From: Limisphaerales bacterium
GTDB taxonomy: Bacteria; Verrucomicrobiota; Verrucomicrobiia; Limisphaerales; JAYTXL01
Length of the DNA stretch: 64,000 bases
Direction: 5' to 3'
Assembly: GCA_046593035.1 (NCBI GenBank)
Contig: JBKJSC010000097.1
Location: forward strand, 44,013 to 108,012
Shown: in pieces, positions 38,985-48,106 of the stretch
How the letters are laid out: each line of letters begins with the position of its first letter
Position numbering within the stretch: position 1 is the stretch's first letter
Made by a program: the position numbers and the translations under genes
The notes under the pieces: model-generated
Database searches by the model: none
Told to the model about the DNA's origin: nothing
What the model saw: the letters and a program-made list of their open reading frames with translations, nothing else

Positions 38985-39971
38985 TCACGCCGCCGCCACC
39001 GGCTCCGGCTTCCGTTCCTCAAAATGGCCGAAGGCGCGGTATTTCGCGTAACGTTCGCGCAGACGGTCGCTGGTGGAGAGCGCTTCCAGTTGTTTAAGCT
39101 GTTTGACCAGTTGTTCCTTGAGCGTCTTAGCGGCGACGGCGGGGTCGTTGTGCGCGCCGCCGATGGGTTCAGGCACGATCTTGTCCACCAAGCCCAGTTC
39201 AAGCAAATCCTTGGCGGTGATCTTCAACGCTTCCGCCGCCTTGGGTGCCGCCGAGCGGTCTTTCCAGAGAATGGCCGCGCATCCTTCGGGGCTGATGACC
39301 GAGTAGTAGGCGTTTTCCAAAATGAGCACGCGATCCGCCACGCCGATGCCGAGCGCGCCGCCGGAACCGCCTTCGCCGATGACCACGGCGATGATGGGCA
39401 CCTCGAACAGCATCATCTCGCGCAAATTGACGGCGATGGCCTCGGCGATGTGGCGTTCCTCCGCACCGACGCCGGGATACGCGCCCGCCGTGTCGATGAG
39501 CGTGATGATGGGCAGGCCGAATTTGTCCGCCAGCCGCATGAGGCGAAGCGCCTTGCGATAGCCTTCCGGGTGGGCGGAACCGAAGTTGCGGAGGATGTTT
39601 TCCTTGGTGTCGCGCCCCTTTTGGGTGCCGATGACCATCACCTTGCGGTCGCCCAAGCGCGCAAAACCGCCGATCATCGCCCGGTCATCGGAATAAAGCC
39701 GGTCGCCGTGCAGCTCGCTGAAATCCGCGAAGGTGGCCTGGCAATAATCCAGCGCAAAGGGACGCTTGGGATGCCGGGCCAACTGGACGCGCTGCCAGGC
39801 GGTCAGATTGGTGTAGATGTGCTTCCGGGTTTCCTCGATCTTCTTATTGATTTGCCGTACTTCCTCGTCGAGGCTGATGCCCATCGAATGCTTTTCGGGA
39901 TGCTTTTCCAGCTCATCCAACTTGCGCTGCAATTCCAAAATTGGCTTTTCGAAATCAAGCTGATGTTTCAT
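38985..39971 (-). CDS. accA: acetyl-CoA carboxylase carboxyltransferase subunit alpha
   Basis: Track ORF 38985-40112 is over-extended. The ATG at 39971 gives MKHQLDFEKPILELQRKLDEL...ARHPKRP...GRDTKEN..RNFG...IDTAGAYPG..AEERG-like...GEGGSGGALG. Confidence 0.95.
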   Translation of the reverse strand: MKHQLDFEKPILELQRKLDELEKHPEKHSMGISLDEEVRQINKKIEETRKHIYTNLTAWQRVQLARHPKRPFALDYCQATFADFSELHGDRLYSDDRAMIGGFARLGDRKVMVIGTQKGRDTKENILRNFGSAHPEGYRKALRLMRLADKFGLPIITLIDTAGAYPGVGAEERHIAEAIAVNLREMMLFEVPIIAVVIGEGGSGGALGIGVADRVLILENAYYSVISPEGCAAILWKDRSAAPKAAEALKITAKDLLELGLVDKIVPEPIGGAHNDPAVAAKTLKEQLVKQLKQLEALSTSDRLRERYAKYRAFGHFEERKPEPVAAA

Positions 39972-40129
39972 CGCCGCGAATTTTAGTCGCCCGGCCCGAT
40001 TCCTGCAACCGTGAATTCTGCGATGAAAATGCCGATTAGATGGTTGAAAAAGGTTTTTACGCGGAAAACCGGCTTGCGAAACGAATCTTTTACGATAATG
40101 ATTCACTGTCACCCAGTGAACCGAATGCT

Positions 40130-40384
40130 ATGACGACACTTCTTTACGCCATCGGCCAGGCGGTTTTCATTCGCACCGACACCCCGGACTACGCGGAAGC
40201 CACCATCCCGTTCGCTTCGCTGGAAGAGATGGTGCTCGTCTGCTCCCAACCCCGGCCCAATCTGACCCTCGAAAAGATCGTCGTCTATGGCATGACCGGC
40301 AACGAACCCATTGCGCTGACGCTGGGCTTCATCTCCGCGAGCCAAGGCCAGCGGTCGGGAAATTCCCACGCGGTCAAAGGTTAG
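40130..40384 (+). CDS. hypothetical small protein (84 aa)
   Basis: ORF from an internal ATG (track 40040-40384). No family recognised. Confidence 0.3.
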   Translation: MTTLLYAIGQAVFIRTDTPDYAEATIPFASLEEMVLVCSQPRPNLTLEKIVVYGMTGNEPIALTLGFISASQGQRSGNSHAVKG

Positions 40385-40440
40385 AGGGAGCGCCGATCCC
40401 CCAGATCGGCAGGATTGCTCAAGGTGCGGGCTAATTCCGT

Positions 40441-41178
40441 TCACTTCGTTCCCTCCGATTTGATGTCGGTAAAAATGACGGTGTGTTCCCGCATCCGAAG
40501 TACGCGGGCCAAAGGCGTCCCGCTTACCGGCTTCAACGATTCACCCAACGCCCACTCCTTGCCCACGCCCGAAGCCAGCACCCAGACTTGCCGTGCAGCG
40601 GCGATGGCTGCGTAGCCCAAAGTGATCCGCCGGGGCGGTGGCTTCGACGCCGTGACCGCGCGATAGACTGCCGGGGCCGCCATGATTTCTTCTGCTTCGC
40701 CCGGAAAGAGCGAGGCCACATGGCCATCCTCGCCCATACCAAGGAAGATCAGATCAAGCATCGGCTGTCCAGCGGCATTGAGCGGGGCTAACCGGCGTAA
40801 CTCGGCTTCGGCTTCAGCTGCCGCGAACTCCGGCAGTTCCTCGCCTCGGATGCGGTGGATTTGGCGTTCGGCGATGCCCAGCGGTTGAAACAGAAACTCA
40901 TTGGCCACGGCAAAATTGCTTTCGGCATTTTGCGGCGGCACGCAGCGTTCATCTCCCCAGAAGAAGTGGATGCCAGCGAACGACTGCTGGCGGAACCGTG
41001 AAGTCGCGGCGACAGCGGAGTAGAAAGCCTGAGTTATGCGTCCGCCTGCCAACGCCACACAATAAGGAGAAGTGCGTGGAGGCAGAACCGCCAATTCAGC
41101 CAGCCAACGCCCGGCGGCCGTGGCCGCCAATGAGGTCGAGTCAATGCAGGAGACGATTTCGCGATTTGCCATGCGCAT
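40441..41178 (-). CDS. pgl: 6-phosphogluconolactonase
   Basis: Start trimmed to ATG 41178 (MRMANREIV...). VALAGG, FFWGDERCVP, LGMGEDGHVASLFPG. Confidence 0.85.
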   Translation of the reverse strand: MRMANREIVSCIDSTSLAATAAGRWLAELAVLPPRTSPYCVALAGGRITQAFYSAVAATSRFRQQSFAGIHFFWGDERCVPPQNAESNFAVANEFLFQPLGIAERQIHRIRGEELPEFAAAEAEAELRRLAPLNAAGQPMLDLIFLGMGEDGHVASLFPGEAEEIMAAPAVYRAVTASKPPPRRITLGYAAIAAARQVWVLASGVGKEWALGESLKPVSGTPLARVLRMREHTVIFTDIKSEGTK

Positions 41179-41183
41179 GAGTC

Positions 41184-41696
41184 CTATCCCAATTCCTTCA
41201 CAAAAAGGTTCATCTCCACCAATTCCGCGAATCCTTCGTCGGACATGATTTTTCCAAGTTGCCGCCAGCCTTGAGAAGCGTAGTAGCGGGGAAGAAATCC
41301 CGTTCCCGTGCCGCACTCCAGATAAGCTAGCCTGGCTCCGCACGTCTTCAAATGTTCTTCAGCCAGGCGCATGGTCTCTCTGCCTATGTTCCGGCCCGCA
41401 TACGAAGGGTGTGAAGCCAAAGCGCAAACCCACCAACAGTCGCCTGGCTCCAGCCAGGCGGCGTAAACATCAACCGTCGGCTCGCGCTTCAAGCAAACGG
41501 TGGACACAAGCTGGCCCTCGGAAAACAATCCAAAATTCTGCCCAAGCTCTTGTCGCTGCCGAAAGTCAGCCAGTGGAAACAGTTCGCTCTCCTGTCGGAT
41601 GCCTCGCGCCTTCTCCCACAAGGATCGCGCCCTCAAGATCTCGAAGGCGGGAAGGAGTTCCTCGTCGCAGAGTGGCCGAAACACATACCCGCTCAT
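41184..41696 (-). CDS. GNAT family N-acetyltransferase
   Basis: The ATG at 41696 overlaps the zwf TGA (ATGA). The motif A-like sequence is VCALASHPSYAGRNIGRETMRLAEEHL...YYASQGW. Confidence 0.7.
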   Translation of the reverse strand: MSGYVFRPLCDEELLPAFEILRARSLWEKARGIRQESELFPLADFRQRQELGQNFGLFSEGQLVSTVCLKREPTVDVYAAWLEPGDCWWVCALASHPSYAGRNIGRETMRLAEEHLKTCGARLAYLECGTGTGFLPRYYASQGWRQLGKIMSDEGFAELVEMNLFVKELG

Positions 41697-43255
41697 GTAA
41701 TCGGCTGCGGATCGCGCCACACATGGTTCCGCTTGGCGAGCAAGTCCTCGGCGGCGACTGGTCCCCAGGTTCCAGCGGAGTAAAACTCCCGGTTCGTCAG
41801 CGCCTTGCCTTCCCAACCTTTGCGAATGGCATCGACGATGCCCCACGCCGTCTCCACCTCGTCGCGGCGGATGAACAGCGTCGCATCGCCCGCCATCGCT
41901 TCGAGCAGCAGCCGCTCGTACGCCTCCGGAGTGTACGCGCCGAACTCGGTGTTGTAGCTGAAATGCATCCGCACCGGGCGCACGCTCAAACTCGTGCCCG
42001 GCACCTTACCGTTGAAGCGCAGCGAAATTCCCTCGTTGGGCTGCAAGCGCAGCGTGAGCGCGTTGGGATCAAGCTTCGAGCCGCATTGGGCGGCGAACAG
42101 CACGTTCGGCGTGGGCCGGAATTGAATCCGCACTTCACTCGCGCTCAACGGCAAGCTCTTGCCGGTGCGCAAATAAAACGGCACGCCGGACCAGCGCCAG
42201 TTGTCGATGAACAGTTTCAACGCCACGTAAGTTTCCACATTGGAATCCGTCTTCACCTTCGTCTCCTGGCGGTAACCGGGACGCAACTGCCCGTCCATCA
42301 TGCCGGCGAAGTATTGCCCGCGCACAACCTGTTTCGCCACGTCGGACGGACTGAGCGGGCGGATCGATTTGAGCAGTTTCACCTTCTCGTCGCGGATGGC
42401 TTCCGCTTCGAGCGACACGGGCGGCTCCATGGCGATCAGCGAGAGCACTTGCAGCAAATGGTTCTGCACCATGTCGCGGATGGCACCGGCCTCCTCGTAG
42501 TAGCCGCCGCGCGAGCCGACGCCGAGCTTCTCACTCACGGTGATCTGCACATGATCCACCGACTGCCGGTTCCAGAGTTGCTCGAAAATGGAATTGGAAA
42601 AGCGGAACATCAAAATGTTCTGCACCGTCTCCTTGCCCAGATAATGATCGATGCGAAAAACCTGCCGCTCGTGCGCGAAGCGGGTGAGGTCGTTGTTCAA
42701 CTCGCGCGCCGACGGCAGGTCATGGCCAAACGGTTTTTCCACCACAATGCGCTGCCAGTGCCCGACGGTTTCCTCGCGATGCAACAAGTCGGCCCCGTGC
42801 AAATGCTCGACCACTTCGGCAAACTGGCTCGGTGACGTGGCGAGATAGAAAAGCAAATTGCGTCGCAGCGCTTCACTGCCGAAGCCGGCGAGTTGCCCGC
42901 CCAATTTCCGATACGCTTCGGCATCGCCGAACTCGCCCTGGCAATAATGCACGTTCGCGGCGAACTCCGTCCAGACCGCGTCGTCCACCGGTTTGGTGCG
43001 TGAGAACTGGTCCGCAGCCGCGCGCAACTCCTCGCGAAAAGAGGTGTCGCTCTTCTCGCGGCGCGCGAAGCCGATCACGCGGTATTCGGACGGCATCTGC
43101 TTCTCCTTGTGCAAATGGTAGAGGGCGGGGATGAGTTTGCGCGCGGTGAGATCGCCGCTCGCGCCGAAGATGACGATGGTACAGGGTTCCACCGCCTTGC
43201 GCCCTTCGTCGAGGCGGCAGGTCATCAATTCTTCGAGCTGTTCGTTTTCTTCCAT
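41693..43255 (-). CDS. zwf: glucose-6-phosphate dehydrogenase
   Basis: Start trimmed to ATG 43255 (MEENEQ...). IFGASGDLTARKL, RIDHYLGKE, EKPFG. Confidence 0.95.
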   Translation of the reverse strand: MEENEQLEELMTCRLDEGRKAVEPCTIVIFGASGDLTARKLIPALYHLHKEKQMPSEYRVIGFARREKSDTSFREELRAAADQFSRTKPVDDAVWTEFAANVHYCQGEFGDAEAYRKLGGQLAGFGSEALRRNLLFYLATSPSQFAEVVEHLHGADLLHREETVGHWQRIVVEKPFGHDLPSARELNNDLTRFAHERQVFRIDHYLGKETVQNILMFRFSNSIFEQLWNRQSVDHVQITVSEKLGVGSRGGYYEEAGAIRDMVQNHLLQVLSLIAMEPPVSLEAEAIRDEKVKLLKSIRPLSPSDVAKQVVRGQYFAGMMDGQLRPGYRQETKVKTDSNVETYVALKLFIDNWRWSGVPFYLRTGKSLPLSASEVRIQFRPTPNVLFAAQCGSKLDPNALTLRLQPNEGISLRFNGKVPGTSLSVRPVRMHFSYNTEFGAYTPEAYERLLLEAMAGDATLFIRRDEVETAWGIVDAIRKGWEGKALTNREFYSAGTWGPVAAEDLLAKRNHVWRDPQPIT

Positions 43256-43518
43256 GGCCGGAGAGTGAACCCGTGCAGCGGAGAATTCAATCATTCTTGC
43301 ACCTACCCACCAATTCGAGGCAAGGCCAGTCTGATGTAGGTGTAGCTCTGCTTCCTTTCGTGTCGCGTTCGCAACCGAGACCACGCTTCGCGAAGCGAAC
43401 GACCATGCTTGGGCCACCAGCTTGTGGCGGCTTGGGAAGCCTCACCTGACCCAGCGCCGAAGCAATTTTGCAGGCACGCGCGCTGCATTGGTTGGCGCGT
43501 ACAGTTCAAACTCGCCGC

Positions 43519-43866
43519 TCACACTGGGGGGTGACCGCTCACGGTGATTGAGGATCCCTTTACATTTTCTGAGGGCATACCTTCCACAAACATTTTGATG
43601 ACTAATAATCCAATAATAAACGAGGTAATCAAGATTGTGATTACAAGAAATGACAATGACGTTGAAATTGACTTCGCCTGGTATGAAATATCATTGGCTA
43701 CTTCTAAAACTTGGGCGTCTCCCTTTGCATTACCAATCGCAAGAGCAATCGCCTCAGGATCGCTCAGATATCTACTTGCACTTCCCCCAGCTTTGATTGC
43801 ACTCAGACATTGTAGTGTCAGGATCGCACAAATCAGAAGCAGTTGAATTATTTGTTTTATTTTCAT
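43519..43866 (-). CDS. hypothetical membrane-anchored protein (strongly AT-richer orphan)
   Basis: MKIKQIIQLLLICAILTLQCLSA signal or anchor plus a C-terminal TM (LSFLVITILITSFIIGLLVI). Composition is clearly different from the flanks. Confidence 0.45.
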   Translation of the reverse strand: MKIKQIIQLLLICAILTLQCLSAIKAGGSASRYLSDPEAIALAIGNAKGDAQVLEVANDISYQAKSISTSLSFLVITILITSFIIGLLVIKMFVEGMPSENVKGSSITVSGHPPV

Positions 43867-44483
43867 GGTATATCTCTCAGCGTCTACCTTGTGCGCCCAG
43901 CTAATTCTGAGACCAAAATAAGAGAGAAGTGGTTGACACTTTTGGTTTTTGGCAAACGACGATCAGGCCGCTGGCAGCGAAGCCATGATTCCACGGTGAC
44001 CCGCCACAAGGTGGCGGGAGCGGGATGATGTCCAATGGCCATGCTTTCGACTGTCGCTCCAAACGGCTGAAGCAGCAACCGGAAAATGGTGCGGCGCTGG
44101 CGCGGGGACCGGACTCGGCTTCACCTGGTTCTTGAACTGCGGCAGCGACATCCCAGCACGGGCCGCAGGTTTTCCCACGCGGCGGTTACGGACGCGCCCG
44201 GCGCAAGAACCTGCGCGTTTGAACCGAGAGTCCGCAGGTTATCAGCGGGAACTTTCAGACGGGGGCCCCAAGTCCGCAGACAATGGCCAGGAATCTCTGG
44301 GTTTGAACCGGGTGCACGCAGGTTCCGGGTCGTTGTCCACGCGCTTGGAGTCGGAACCTGGACGTTCCGAAGCGGAACGCGAACGTTGTTGGTGTGGTCG
44401 GGGGTGTTCTTGGCGTAAAACTTGGCGGCGAAAGCGTGAGCGGACGGCTTGCATTTCGCCAGCAACTCAAATACCTTCACGTC

Positions 44484-44666
44484 ATGCGCCAGCCAGCCAG
44501 CAAACGAAAGAAGCTCGATTACCCGGAAGTAACCAATGGCACGCGCTGGGCCGCCGAAGCGCGCCGGCTCGCCAGCAAATTATCCCCCGAACAAGAGGCT
44601 GAGCATGTTCGGCGCGCAATGGCCAAGGTCTATGGCGGCAAGCAGAAAGAAGTCACTGGCGCTTGA
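44484..44666 (+). CDS. putative antitoxin (60 aa) of PIN toxin
   Basis: Small ORF whose 3-prime end overlaps the PIN gene by 35 nt. It is basic and helical (..EARRLASKLSPEQEAEHVRRAMAKVYGG). Assigned by position only. Confidence 0.5.
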   Translation: MRQPASKRKKLDYPEVTNGTRWAAEARRLASKLSPEQEAEHVRRAMAKVYGGKQKEVTGA

Positions 44667-45129
44667 TACCAACCTCCTGCTCGACCTCGCCGAGGGAAGC
44701 GACTTCGCCCACGCTTTCAGGGAGGAATTTGCCGGGCGGGGTTACAGTCTGATTATTCCACCGACGGTTCTTGCGGAGTTGGAAGCACTTGTGAGGGCAG
44801 GTCGCACGCCGCAATGTGAGTTCGCAAACACGGCCATGGAAAAGCTCGCGGCTTGGGAATGTCAGCCGTTCATGTTGTCCGCCACGAAGCTTGCCATGGC
44901 CCATCGTTTCGCGGAACGGTTGCTCGACCTGCGGCTCATCCCTGAAACCGAACGCAACGACGGGAAGATTCTGGCCCAAACTTCTCTCGTTCAAATTCCG
45001 TTGCTGGTCACTTCCGACAAACATTTGCTGGACAATGACGAGGAGGTGCTGTTGCTCGCCTTTAACGACGCTGATCTGTTTCCGGTTCATCCGGCGCATC
45101 CAAAAAGATTGCTGAAGGCATTGCGATAA
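44632..45129 (+). CDS. PIN-domain toxin (VapC-like ribonuclease)
   Basis: MAASRKKSLALDTNLLLDL... (Asp), ..VLAELE.., ERNDGKILAQ, LLVTSDKHLL: the D/E/D/D arrangement of PIN domains. Confidence 0.8.
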   Translation: MAASRKKSLALDTNLLLDLAEGSDFAHAFREEFAGRGYSLIIPPTVLAELEALVRAGRTPQCEFANTAMEKLAAWECQPFMLSATKLAMAHRFAERLLDLRLIPETERNDGKILAQTSLVQIPLLVTSDKHLLDNDEEVLLLAFNDADLFPVHPAHPKRLLKALR

Positions 45130-45137
45130 TTTCAGTT

Positions 45138-45719
45138 CTATTTCCGTTTCCGCCACCAGAGCATCAACTCCAGTCCGGTGCGGTTCGGATAGGAGCGCGG
45201 CACCCATTCGGCCAGCAACTCGAAGTGCGGCGAGAACCGCTGGAGCAATTCCTCGCGCGTGGTGCCAAAGGGCGGGCCGTCGGTGTCGGGTATGAGATAA
45301 TTCACGGCCAGATATTGGCCGCCGGGTTTGAGCCAGCGACCCACGGCGCGGACGTAATCTTCGCGTTGCGCCGGATCAATCGCGCAAAAGCAGGTGTGCT
45401 CGAAAACCCAGTCGAACAAAGCGGGCGGCTCATCGCGAAGAAAGTCGCCGAGGCGAAATTCCGCGCGCAAACCCGTCGCCACCGTTTTCTCCTGGGACAA
45501 CTTTACGGCGCTGGGCGCGATGTCGCAGCCGGTCACGTCAAAGCCCGCCCTGGCCCACGCCCGCGCGTCGTGACCAAGGCCGCATCCCGGCACCAGAACC
45601 GATCCGCGTTCCACTTCCGGATGGGCCACCAGAAAGTCCGCCAGCCCAGGCGAAGGCTCGCCCTTTTCCCACGGCATGTCACCGCTTTGATAGCGGACTT
45701 CCCACTCATTGTCGCTCAT
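45138..45719 (-). CDS. SAM-dependent methyltransferase, TPMT (thiopurine/halide-thiol methyltransferase) family
   Basis: The ATG at 45719 gives MSDNEWEVRYQSGDMPWEKGEPSP...VLVPGCGLGHDA...FDWVFEHTCFCAI. Confidence 0.8.
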   Translation of the reverse strand: MSDNEWEVRYQSGDMPWEKGEPSPGLADFLVAHPEVERGSVLVPGCGLGHDARAWARAGFDVTGCDIAPSAVKLSQEKTVATGLRAEFRLGDFLRDEPPALFDWVFEHTCFCAIDPAQREDYVRAVGRWLKPGGQYLAVNYLIPDTDGPPFGTTREELLQRFSPHFELLAEWVPRSYPNRTGLELMLWWRKRK

Positions 45720-46071
45720 GGTTTCCAATTTGGTTGGCAGGCACCACCAACACAAGGTGGAAGTTTCCACCGCGCGATGAACGGACAAACAGGGTGATTC
45801 CAAACTGATCTTGATATGCTGACTTGATTCATTATCAGTCTCGAAATCAAGTTAGAGTTGAACTGCACGGGGTCTCACGAATCCGGTGGAAATAATTGGC
45901 AAATAAGCTTGTCGCCCGCCCATCGTGGCATAACGTCACCGCAGATGAATCCGCTGAGAAATCCATTCTCTTTGAACCGCGCAGCGTCAAAAAATCAAAC
46001 TCCTGTCAGCGGCATCCAGCAGGTGGATTGACGCTTCACCTCCCGCCCCAACCCGCCAACCCGAACCTCCC

Positions 46072-46800
46072 ATGCGAAGTTCCAATCCAGTTCTCAACGA
46101 CAAAACGTTCGCTGGCCTGCGCGAAAGCACTGGCCGCATGACCATCAACGGCACGGTCACGCGCGCTCTCATCCTGCTCGTAATCGTCTTCGGTACCGCG
46201 TTGTTCACTTGGGACCGGGTGCGCTCGGGGGATGTCGCCGGAGCCATGCCGTGGGTGCTCGGCGGGGCTGTCGGCGGCTTCATTTTCTGTCTCATCACCT
46301 GCTTCGCCAAACCCGCAGCGCCGTTCACGGCGCCCCTTTACGCGATCTGCGAAGGACTTTTCCTGGGCGCGCTTTCGGCACTCATGGAGGCGAGGTTCAA
46401 AGGCATTGTGCTCGACACGGTGCTGCTCACTGGCGGCACGCTCTTCGGTTTGCTCATGGCCTATCGCAGCGGCCTCATCAAGGCGACGGAGAATTTCAAA
46501 CTAGGCGTCTTCGCGGCGACCTTGGGCATCGGGCTGGTCTATCTCGTCGGCTTCGTGATGGGATTGTTGGGGAAGAACATCCCTTACATCCACGAGTCGG
46601 GCTGGATGGGCATTGGGTTCAGCCTGTTCGTGGTCGTCATCGCAGCGCTGAACCTCGTCCTGGACTTCGACTTCATCGAGCAGGGCGAGGCAACGGGCGC
46701 GCCGAAATACATGGAGTGGTATGCCGCCTTCGGCCTGATGGTCACACTCATCTGGCTTTACATTGAGTTCCTCCACCTGCTCGCGAAGCTGCGGCGGTAG
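46072..46800 (+). CDS. Bax inhibitor-1/YccA-like membrane protein
   Basis: MRSSNPVLNDKTF... N-terminus plus 7 hydrophobic segments, typical of the BaxI_1 family. Confidence 0.8.
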   Translation: MRSSNPVLNDKTFAGLRESTGRMTINGTVTRALILLVIVFGTALFTWDRVRSGDVAGAMPWVLGGAVGGFIFCLITCFAKPAAPFTAPLYAICEGLFLGALSALMEARFKGIVLDTVLLTGGTLFGLLMAYRSGLIKATENFKLGVFAATLGIGLVYLVGFVMGLLGKNIPYIHESGWMGIGFSLFVVVIAALNLVLDFDFIEQGEATGAPKYMEWYAAFGLMVTLIWLYIEFLHLLAKLRR

Positions 46801-46867
46801 CTTTGCCCCGCGCGAACGCGATGAAGCTATCCAAGCCTCCAGCACGGTTGTTGAATCGCAAGGTGCC

Positions 46868-47986
46868 ATGCGGGAATCCGACCTAAAGAATTGCTCGGTG
46901 CTGCTGCTGACGTGGCACGGGACCACGATGCTCTCCATCCTGCGTTCGCTCGGACCGGAGGTGAAGCGAATCGTCCTACTAATCGGGTTCCCCAACCCGG
47001 TGATTGCCCGCTCGAAGCATGGCCGCCCTTATCTGGAATTCCCATCGGATATCGGTGATGACGCTCTCGTAGCCCGGATCGAAACCGTCGCCTCGGAGCA
47101 TGGCTGCCAGGTCTTGTTTCCGTGCGACGATCTCGGGGTTCAATTCACCGTGCGGAATCGGACACGGCTCGAACAGCGACTCCGGCTCACTCCCGTGTCA
47201 TCCGCCGCGTCCCTCGCCTTGGCCGGCAACAAGGCGCGACTGACCAGCTACCTTTCGGAACTGGGGATTGACCACCCGCGAAGCGTCATTTCGTCCGCCG
47301 GCGAAAGACCGGCCCCGGCCCGTTTGCAGTCACTGCGTCTGCCCGTAATCGCGAAGGCAGCCCAGATGAGCGGCGGTAAGAGTTTGTACCGCTGTGAAAC
47401 TCCAGCCCAGATCGCGGCGGCCTGTGATCGCCTCGCCAGAGAAGGCCAGCCGTTTCTCGTACAGGAATGGATCAACGGACCCGACGCGGACTGCAGCATT
47501 CTGGCGTTGAACGGCCGGATTCTGGCCCACACCACCCAGCGATCCATCTCCAAGGATCCAAAGTTTGCTCCCGCAGGCGAAATCATGTTGGAGGAACATC
47601 CCGCTTTGGTCGAAGCCACCGCCAAGATTGCGACGGCGCTGAACTGGAGCGGCCTCGCGCACTTGGATGCAGTTCTGGATGTCGAGGAAGGCCGCTACAA
47701 GGTTCTTGAAATCAATCCCCGCTGCTGGGGCAGCCTGCTGGCGTCCACTGCGGCGGGCGTGAATTTTCCGAAATTAGCCGTTCAGACCGCGCTGGGCATT
47801 CCATTTTCACGTCCCACGTTGAAGCCTCAGCGTTTCTATGCTGGTGGGCTTGGGCTCCGCCGGGTCTTGGGGATCGATAGTCCGCGCTGGCGGTTGCATG
47901 AGACGGACGTTCCGTACTTCCTGCGGGATCCCCTGCCGGAATGGACCTCCCGAAGACTCGCCCGCCTCAGCCGAGTAAGAGAGTAA
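46868..47986 (+). CDS. stand-alone ATP-grasp domain protein
   Basis: Track ORF 46763-47986; ATG at 46868. LPVIAKAAQMSGGKSL..., LVQEWINGPD, LEINPRCWGS. Confidence 0.75.
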   Translation: MRESDLKNCSVLLLTWHGTTMLSILRSLGPEVKRIVLLIGFPNPVIARSKHGRPYLEFPSDIGDDALVARIETVASEHGCQVLFPCDDLGVQFTVRNRTRLEQRLRLTPVSSAASLALAGNKARLTSYLSELGIDHPRSVISSAGERPAPARLQSLRLPVIAKAAQMSGGKSLYRCETPAQIAAACDRLAREGQPFLVQEWINGPDADCSILALNGRILAHTTQRSISKDPKFAPAGEIMLEEHPALVEATAKIATALNWSGLAHLDAVLDVEEGRYKVLEINPRCWGSLLASTAAGVNFPKLAVQTALGIPFSRPTLKPQRFYAGGLGLRRVLGIDSPRWRLHETDVPYFLRDPLPEWTSRRLARLSRVRE

Positions 47987-48106
47987 GCCGAGGTTGTTTC
48001 TCTTGAATTGCGGTCGAATCTTTTGCCCGGCAAGCCAAGCCGTCAACTCTGGGTTTGCTCCCTGAACTGATTCCTGCCCTTCACGAGCGCGCGCTGGCTC
48101 ACCTTT

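Noticed and set aside
43330-43400. Palindrome CGCTTCGCGAAGCG and flanking GTTCGC/GCGAAC repeats upstream of zwf, considered as a regulatory hairpin
   Set aside because: It may simply be another member of the GC-rich palindromic repeat population. I have no evidence for a specific regulatory role.
44121-44480. 119-aa minus-strand ORF with recurring NLRxxGSN peptides
   Set aside because: The GTG start and Arg/Pro/Thr-rich sequence do not look protein-like, and the repeats are better explained at the DNA level. I kept it only as part of the islet finding.
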